A stretch of DNA of 64,000 nucleotides from an uncultured Bacilli bacterium (GTDB taxonomy: Bacteria > Bacillota_I > Bacilli_A > RF39 > UBA660), in the NCBI GenBank assembly GCA_934086145.1, contig CAKOHV010000006.1, forward strand, positions 568 to 64,567, in the 5' to 3' direction. Under the pieces are notes generated by a model. That model ran no database searches. It saw only the letters and a list, made by a program, of their open reading frames with translations, and had not been told where the DNA came from. Below, one piece after another: positions 58,337 to 64,000 of this stretch. Numbering within the stretch: the first letter of the stretch is position 1; each line of letters starts with the position of its first letter. A program made the translations under genes and the position numbers.

Positions 58337-59230
58337 ATGGCTAGGCGTCAAAAAAACAAATTTAACAAATTTTATTTACTTATCGCCATCTTTTCTATAA
58401 TCGTTTATTTGTATAGTAATTACAATCAACCAGCTAATTCATTACAAGAAGAACAAACGGTTATTAAAGATAACTTAAATGTTTATTTCCTTGATGTTGG
58501 TCAAGCTGATAGCATTTTGATTACTAATGATAATCATAATGTTTTAATTGATGCTGGTAATAATGAAGATGGCCCAAAGTTAGTAAAATATCTAAAATCT
58601 TTAAATATAAGTCATTTTGATTATATTATTGGAACTCATCCTCATGAAGATCACATTGGTGGTTTAGACGATATTATTAATAATTTCGATGTCGATGAGA
58701 TTATGCTTCCTGATGCATACACGACAACCAAAACTTTTGAAGATGTCTTAGATGCTGTGTCCAATAAGAATAAAGAAATAACCATTCCTAAGATTGGTGA
58801 TACTTTTAAATCAGGTAATGCTAAGTTCACTGTTATATATACTGACTCTAATACCAAAGATTTAAACAATTCTTCTATTGTCTTAAAGTTAGTTTATGGT
58901 CAAAATAGTTTTTTACTTACTGGTGATGCTACTTCGGTCTCTGAAAAGAAAATGTTAAATCAAAATCTTAAAGCTGATGTTTTAAAAATAGGTCATCATG
59001 GCTCGAGTTATAGTACAAGTGAAGAATTTTTATCAAAAGTTTCACCAAGTTATGCCATAATATCTGTTGGAGCTAATAACAGTTATAATCATCCAGCTCC
59101 TTCAACTATTAAAAGATTAAATGATCATGGTATTCCAATTTATAAAACTAGTGAATTAGGAACTATTTTAGTAACAAGTGATGGAACTACTTTAAAGATA
59201 ACTAATTTTGCAACTGATACGAATGGATAG
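58337..59230 (+). CDS. N-anchored metallo-beta-lactamase-fold hydrolase (ComEC C-terminal-domain-like)
   Basis: TM, then GQADSILI...THPHEDHIGG...GHHGS motifs. Confidence 0.85.
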   Translation: MARRQKNKFNKFYLLIAIFSIIVYLYSNYNQPANSLQEEQTVIKDNLNVYFLDVGQADSILITNDNHNVLIDAGNNEDGPKLVKYLKSLNISHFDYIIGTHPHEDHIGGLDDIINNFDVDEIMLPDAYTTTKTFEDVLDAVSNKNKEITIPKIGDTFKSGNAKFTVIYTDSNTKDLNNSSIVLKLVYGQNSFLLTGDATSVSEKKMLNQNLKADVLKIGHHGSSYSTSEEFLSKVSPSYAIISVGANNSYNHPAPSTIKRLNDHGIPIYKTSELGTILVTSDGTTLKITNFATDTNG

Positions 59231-59237
59231 TGAGTTT

Positions 59238-59456
59238 ATGAAATACGCAATAGATCGTTTTGAAAATAATTTGGCTATTTTAGAGAATCTTGCAACAAAG
59301 GAAATTATTGAAGTAGATATTACTAAATTACCTTCTAACATCCATGAAGGAAGCATTTTAATTGAAAACAATGGAAATTATAATAAGGATTTATCAACAG
59401 AGAAGGCAAGAAGACAACTTATTTTAGCCAAGTTTAATAAATTAAAGAAGAAATAA
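59238..59456 (+). CDS. DUF3006-like small protein
   Basis: MKYAIDRFENNLAILEN...IHEGSIL has the typical DUF3006 layout, and the family is commonly paired with ComEC-like MBL genes. Confidence 0.6.
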   Translation: MKYAIDRFENNLAILENLATKEIIEVDITKLPSNIHEGSILIENNGNYNKDLSTEKARRQLILAKFNKLKKK

Positions 59457-59500
59457 CTTCTTTTTTTTATGCTTAAACATAATATTTTATAGGTGATACT

Positions 59501-59851
59501 ATGAATTTTAAAATAGATTTATTTATGGATATAATTTGGTTAGGTACTTTGTGTGGCTTAGTTTCCACTGTTGCTATTCAATTACTTAAAGAAAGTGGTT
59601 TATTTTATTATAAAAAAACTATTACAATAATTAGTATGTTTATTAAATTTTTCTTAGGTGTTACCATTAGTTTAATCTTTACAGATTTAAATTTCTCTTA
59701 TTGCCTAGCTACGGGTTTTACGACTCTAATAGGTGGCCAAGCTATCTATAATAGTTTAAAAAGTAAGAATATAATGAAAAGCAGTTCTGAACTATTTGAG
59801 TACGTCGAAGAAACTGTTGATAATAGTGAAGATATCAACAAAAAAAGATAG
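59501..59851 (+). CDS. Small three-TM membrane protein (holin-like topology)
   Basis: 116 aa with three hydrophobic segments and a charged C-terminal tail. Confidence 0.4.
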   Translation: MNFKIDLFMDIIWLGTLCGLVSTVAIQLLKESGLFYYKKTITIISMFIKFFLGVTISLIFTDLNFSYCLATGFTTLIGGQAIYNSLKSKNIMKSSSELFEYVEETVDNSEDINKKR

Positions 59852-59909
59852 ACTTTTAAATTTCTATCTTCTTAAGTTAATAGCATTGCTAAATATTCTT
59901 CTTTTAGTA

Positions 59910-60854
59910 TTATAAAATACTTTTTTTATCAAATCCTATTTTTTCTTTAGCTATGTAGATAGGACGATTTTTAATTTCTAAGTAGGCCTTAGCTAAGTAT
60001 TCACTTATAATACCTAGAACTATAAATTGTAATCCAGCAATTAGTAAAATTAGGAGAATAACAACGTAAGTAGGGTTCCAAGCTATCCTTATAGCTAATA
60101 ATTGAATCAATAATACTATTAAGTATACAAAGAAAGCCATCATGAAGAAAATTCCCAATTTAAAGGCTATTTGCATAGGTTTTGTTGAAAAAGCCAAAAT
60201 ACCATCTAATGCATAATTTAAACTATTTTTAAAATTGAAGTTAGACTTCCCACTTTTTCTAGGTTCAACATCGTATTCTAGATATTTTATATTAAAGCCA
60301 ACCCAAGCAAAAATCCCTTTGGAAAAACGATTTTTTTCAGCTAAGGAAATAACGGCATTTTTAACTTTCTCGTTAAACATTCGGAAATCAGAAGCTCCAT
60401 TTTCAAAATGAACATCACTTAGTTTATCAATTATTTTATAAAATTTATTTTTACAAAATTTCATGAAACTAGATTCATTTTTTCGTTCATGCATAACCAT
60501 AGCAACTTCATCATAATCTTCGTTTTCTTCAAGAAAATGAAGCATATCAAGTAAGTATTTTGGATTATGCTGTAAATCTCCGTCAACAATACATGTATAT
60601 TTACCTGTTGCATTAACTAATCCTGCATACATTGCTGCTTCTTTTTTATAATTTCTTGAAAAAGAAATTATTTTTACATGTAAGACATCTCTTTTATGTA
60701 ATTCTTTTAATTTATCTAAAGTTTTATCTTTTGAACCATCATCAACGAAAATAACTTCATACTTTATATCACGCAAAGTATTATTTATCTTTTCGTAAAG
60801 ATCATTTACATTTCCCTCTTCGTTATAACAAGGAACAATAATACTTAATTTCAT
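59910..60854 (-). CDS. Family-2 glycosyltransferase (polyprenyl-phosphate glycosyltransferase, GtrB/CsbB-like)
   Basis: LSIIVPCYNEE...FVDDGSKD...VDGDLQH, plus two C-terminal TM segments. Confidence 0.88.
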   Translation of the reverse strand: MKLSIIVPCYNEEGNVNDLYEKINNTLRDIKYEVIFVDDGSKDKTLDKLKELHKRDVLHVKIISFSRNYKKEAAMYAGLVNATGKYTCIVDGDLQHNPKYLLDMLHFLEENEDYDEVAMVMHERKNESSFMKFCKNKFYKIIDKLSDVHFENGASDFRMFNEKVKNAVISLAEKNRFSKGIFAWVGFNIKYLEYDVEPRKSGKSNFNFKNSLNYALDGILAFSTKPMQIAFKLGIFFMMAFFVYLIVLLIQLLAIRIAWNPTYVVILLILLIAGLQFIVLGIISEYLAKAYLEIKNRPIYIAKEKIGFDKKSIL

Positions 60855-60977
60855 TTAAACACCTCAAGAGCATTATATCACATAATCTTAGCTTTTAATA
60901 AAATTAAAAAAATTTAAATAGCCTTGATAATAAAGCCCTAATTTGATATATTATTTATAATATAAAGGGTGATTAGG

Positions 60978-61535
60978 ATGGAGAAAAAGTGGATGCTAGT
61001 AATTAGTTTTTTTTCAGTGTTAACTTTTATTTTTGCTGCGACTTCCTGCGCCTTTGTCTTTTATAGTGAAAAAATTCATACGAAAATAAATGGTGATTCG
61101 GTTGTTGCGACTAATAATATTTATAAAAGCACATCAGTTATATATAATGGGTCAAATAATGTAAATTTGTCAGATTTAAATCCAGGTGATACTCGTAATT
61201 ATACCTTTGAAATAACTAATAATAATTCTAATACTATAAAATATGAAATAAAATGGGAAAATGTCAGCAGTAACTGGCATATTTTAACCAATGGTGCTAT
61301 TGAGACTCATCCTGAGGAATTTGTTTATTCTCTTACTTGTACAGATGGAAAAAGTCTTGTTAATCAACAAATGCCTACAGCAGATTCTCCGTTTATTCTT
61401 GAGGGAGCTGAGCTAAAAACCAATGCTACCAATACTTGTAATTTGACTATTACTTTTATTAAAAAGGAGATTGATCAATCATATAACTTATCTAAATCTT
61501 TTGCTGGAACTTATAAAGTAATTGTCAAAGAATAA
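60978..61535 (+). CDS. TasA/camelysin-like secreted protein
   Basis: Signal anchor WMLVISFFSVLTFIFAATSCA. NVNLSDLNPGDTRNYTFEITNNNSNTIKYEI parallels the B. subtilis TasA segment as I recall it (SVNLSNLKPGDKLTKDFQFENNGSLAIKEV). Confidence 0.65.
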   Translation: MEKKWMLVISFFSVLTFIFAATSCAFVFYSEKIHTKINGDSVVATNNIYKSTSVIYNGSNNVNLSDLNPGDTRNYTFEITNNNSNTIKYEIKWENVSSNWHILTNGAIETHPEEFVYSLTCTDGKSLVNQQMPTADSPFILEGAELKTNATNTCNLTITFIKKEIDQSYNLSKSFAGTYKVIVKE

Positions 61536-61550
61536 AAGGGAAGTGAGAAG

Positions 61551-62171
61551 ATGAAAAATAAAAATAGTAATTTTAAAGACGAATTATCTAAACAATATGA
61601 TATTTTAATTAAGGCCGAAAAAAAAGAGCAAAAGAAACGAACCATAACCTTTTTTTCGATATTTTTATTAACCTTTTTAGCTAGCATTTTTTGTGTCTTT
61701 TTTTCCTATCGTTCTTATAAAAATACTAAGAGTATTATAACAGCCAAAGAGTCTAAAACTGAAACCTTTTATCAAACTTTAAGCATCTCGTATAGTACGG
61801 ATTCAAACTTTAATATTGATAATATTACAACTAACTATGACCTAGTAAATCCTATGGTTATAAATATAACTAATGATGGTAATGTGAATGTGAATTTTGA
61901 TATAGTTATATCTAACATTAGTTCTTCCTTAGCTAATACAACAAATCTTTTATATTCTATTACTAAAAATGGTGAAACATCATCTCCTAAGTCTTTACCC
62001 TTATCTGACGCATCTTTAGTAACTGATGCTAAAATTGCTCCTCAAGAAACCATTACTTATATTATTAAAGCTAATTATACTGGTAACATTGAGGAAGGAA
62101 CTACTGCTAATTTTTATCATAGTAAAATAAATGTTATCCAAAATAATACAAAAAGTTCATTGTTAGAATGA
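61551..62171 (+). CDS. N-anchored small beta-rich protein, possibly a second TasA/TapA-like component
   Basis: TM ITFFSIFLLTFLASIFCVFF, then VINITNDGNVNVNFDIVISN. Lies in the same operon as the TasA-like and SipW-like genes. Confidence 0.45.
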   Translation: MKNKNSNFKDELSKQYDILIKAEKKEQKKRTITFFSIFLLTFLASIFCVFFSYRSYKNTKSIITAKESKTETFYQTLSISYSTDSNFNIDNITTNYDLVNPMVINITNDGNVNVNFDIVISNISSSLANTTNLLYSITKNGETSSPKSLPLSDASLVTDAKIAPQETITYIIKANYTGNIEEGTTANFYHSKINVIQNNTKSSLLE

Positions 62172-62229
62172 TTATTGTAATTTGCACAATTATAAATTAT
62201 AATATTATTAGAATAGGAAGGGCTACAAA

Positions 62230-63807
62230 ATGAGGCATACTTCACTAGATTTTAAAAATGTGGTAAATAAAGTGATAAAAACACTAATAAACATATTAGT
62301 TGTTTTAGTGTGTCTAGTTGCTTTCTTTCTGCTGTATTATATAATCTCTGCTCAGATTCATTCTAAAGATGAAAACTATAAACCAAATATTTCTTTATAT
62401 ACTATTGTCAGTCCAAGTATGGATCCAGTTATTAAAGTATACGATGTTGTTGTAAATAAAAAGGTAAAATCTCCAGATGAAATAAGTGTTGGTGATATAA
62501 TTACTTATATATCTACCAATCCTACTTCAGAAGGAATGACTATAACGCACCGTGTTATCGAAGTTGAAGGAAATAGTGAAGGGCAGTATACTTATCGAAC
62601 GCAAGGCGATAACAATAGTGCTCCCGATGCAACCTATGTTACTTTTGATAATGTTATTGGTAAGGAAATCATTATTATCCCATCTCTTGGTAAATTACAA
62701 TTTTTACTAGCTAATAAAAAAGGGTGGCTGTTCCTTCTTTTAATTCCTATCGGTGCTTATATTTTAAAAGATATTTATAAGTTAATAGAATTATACGGCT
62801 TACGTCGTAAAGTAGATGAAGTTGCCGGAATCATAGAAGAACCTGATTATGTTAAGAAAAGACAAGAAAAAGAACGCAAAGAGCGTTTACGCAACGAACT
62901 AAAAAAAGTGGAAAGTAGGGGCGACAAATACTTACGAAGTGAATTTGAATCGACCGGCTTCCTTGAACCATATTCTGAAAATATTGTTTCAACGGGTGAT
63001 GTTGCTACTTCCATTGATGAACCTGAAGAAGTTAAAGATGATTATGATATTAAACCACTTATCCAACCATCTCCATCCATTGAACCTTTTGAACCAAACC
63101 CAGTAAAGAAAGTAAAACAATCTAAGAAAGAAGTTTCTCCAAAAGAAAAGGTTACCTCAAAGGTTAAAAATTCTTCAATTGAAATTCTTGATACTGATGA
63201 ACTATCTTCTATCATCAAAAAATATACGGAAAAAATAGCTGAACTTGATGAAGCTATTCAAAGCTTAGAAAATGATGATAATATTCCTAAAGGAGTTTTG
63301 CCGAAAGAAAATAATGAGCAAGCGGATAACTTTGTTGAATACGACGATTACTTAAAGGGTGAAAGAATCAAAGTTGTTTCTATCGAATCTGCTAAAAAAT
63401 ATCGTCCTAAAGCTAAAGAAGAAAAGACGATAGATATTGATAAAATAGAACTAAAATCAGCATCTTTATACAACAAACCAAAACCAGCCGTTAAGAAGAT
63501 GGAACGTCCTAAGGCAATGGACATTAAAAACTTAAATATTGGTGAAGTTCACGAAAGAAAAGAAATAAAGAAGCCTGAAGTCCCTAAAGAGGTAAGGGAA
63601 GTAAATCCTATAATCGAAGAAAAAAATAAGAAAACCGAATTAAATTTAAAACCTAATACAATCAAAAAGGTTACTAGAAATGTCGTACCAGAGCCAAAAG
63701 CCAAACCAAAACAGAAAAAAATTGTTTCTAAAAAGCCTAGTCATAATAAATATCACGAACAAAATATTAAAAAGAATAAATTAATTCGTCTTGAAAAAAT
63801 AAAATAA
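62230..63807 (+). CDS. sipW: SipW-like (ER/archaeal-type) signal peptidase I with a ~330-aa Lys/Glu/Pro-rich C-terminal extension
   Basis: SPSMDP (Ser), ITHRVIE (His) and QGDNNSAPD align with SipW SGSMEP, VTHRIVD and KGDNNAAAD. A second TM lies at about aa 165-185, followed by about 330 low-complexity residues. Confidence 0.8.
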   Translation: MRHTSLDFKNVVNKVIKTLINILVVLVCLVAFFLLYYIISAQIHSKDENYKPNISLYTIVSPSMDPVIKVYDVVVNKKVKSPDEISVGDIITYISTNPTSEGMTITHRVIEVEGNSEGQYTYRTQGDNNSAPDATYVTFDNVIGKEIIIIPSLGKLQFLLANKKGWLFLLLIPIGAYILKDIYKLIELYGLRRKVDEVAGIIEEPDYVKKRQEKERKERLRNELKKVESRGDKYLRSEFESTGFLEPYSENIVSTGDVATSIDEPEEVKDDYDIKPLIQPSPSIEPFEPNPVKKVKQSKKEVSPKEKVTSKVKNSSIEILDTDELSSIIKKYTEKIAELDEAIQSLENDDNIPKGVLPKENNEQADNFVEYDDYLKGERIKVVSIESAKKYRPKAKEEKTIDIDKIELKSASLYNKPKPAVKKMERPKAMDIKNLNIGEVHERKEIKKPEVPKEVREVNPIIEEKNKKTELNLKPNTIKKVTRNVVPEPKAKPKQKKIVSKKPSHNKYHEQNIKKNKLIRLEKIK

Positions 63808-63833
63808 AGAAGTTCAGATCTTTGAACTTCTTT
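63806..63833. terminator. Bidirectional hairpin terminator between convergent genes
   Basis: aaagaagttca-gatctt-tgaacttcttt, a perfect 11-bp stem flanked by A/T runs. Confidence 0.8.
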
Positions 63834-63836
63834 ATT

Positions 63837-64000
63837 TTATTTTTTCAATAACATTTTTTCTATATAAATAACAATTTTATAAAGAATATAAGATATAATA
63901 ACTAAAAGTAAAATACCACTTATAACTAAGTCTAAATTAAAGACTTGGGTTCCATATATAATTAAATAACCTAATCCTTCTTTACTTACTAAAAATTCGC
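63837..64000 (-). CDS. Partial CDS: C-terminus of an ABC-transporter permease (binding-protein-dependent, SsuC/TauC-like)
   Basis: The reverse strand reads ...EFLVSKEGLGYLIIYGTQVFNLDLVISGILLLVIISYILYKIVIYIEKMLLKK, with a stop at 63839-63837. Continues beyond the window. Confidence 0.5.
   Translation of the reverse strand, partial: EFLVSKEGLGYLIIYGTQVFNLDLVISGILLLVIISYILYKIVIYIEKMLLKK

Noticed and set aside
2125-58869. Antisense or out-of-frame ORFs of 60-131 aa nested inside conserved genes: 2125-2400, 3412-3642, 4424-4645, 4847-5185, 11666-11860, 13259-13654, 15126-15326, 17410-17592, 17962-18228, 23579-23794, 26564-26797, 26942-27151, 27500-27820, 30179-30415, 34608-34814, 36450-36761, 42644-43033, 46490-46681, 53976-54191, 56011-56262, 57418-57636, 58651-58869.
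   Set aside because: Each lies entirely within a well-supported gene on the opposite strand or in another frame. Their composition is low-complexity or hydrophobic, as expected from reading AT-rich coding DNA backwards. None has an SD sequence or a recognisable motif.
1-64000. CRISPR arrays, IS elements/transposases, prophage genes, reverse transcriptases (retron/DGR), restriction-modification genes or known multi-gene defence systems.
   Set aside because: I saw no regularly spaced direct repeats with unique spacers. No ORF has DDE/HUH transposase, integrase, RT (YxDD), helicase/nuclease or methyltransferase motifs typical of those systems. The only tandem repeats are in-frame coding repeats (29.5-29.9 kb).

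Overview
A 64-kb chromosomal segment of a very AT-rich (about 30% GC by eye), standard-code (11) Gram-positive bacterium. spo0A, a T-box pheST leader, SipW/TasA-like genes and a tmRNA tag ending ALAFA suggest a spore-former-derived Bacillota lineage, possibly Erysipelotrichia-like; this placement is low confidence.

Core half (1-28.8 kb): a partial wall-associated protein, a TGS/uridine-kinase fusion, gap, pgk, a spo0A-like gene inserted before gpmI, the complete S10-spc-alpha ribosomal cluster (rpsJ to rplQ, with secY, adk, infA, rpmJ and rpoA but no rpmD or map), a coiled-coil protein, and T-box-controlled pheST.

Accessory half (28.9-64 kb):
- A Cys-pair-repeat surface protein with 87-bp tandem repeats, next to a lipoprotein.
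- tmRNA, tRNA-Thr(CGU), tRNA-Cys(GCA) and an atypical 76-nt tRNA-Thr(UGU)-like gene.
- Two pseudogenes (tatD, and an unknown gene with in-frame TAG and TAA).
- A string of monocistronic orphan genes, including a stand-alone JAB/MPN protein and a promoter-leader-terminator RNA element.
- Three tail-anchored proteins that share a C-terminal module but carry different enzyme-like heads.
- An envelope operon.
- A Bce/MacB-like ABC transporter with a two-component module.
- An MBL/DUF3006 pair.
- A TasA-like/SipW-like locus whose signal peptidase has a ~330-aa low-complexity tail.

I saw no CRISPR array, integrase, transposase or recognisable named defence system. The best candidates for something undescribed are the tail-anchored family, the tRNA-like gene with its shared 3' trailer module, the Cys-repeat adhesin locus and the orphan-gene stretch at 36-43 kb. 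All family assignments come from motif recognition by eye; no searches were run.
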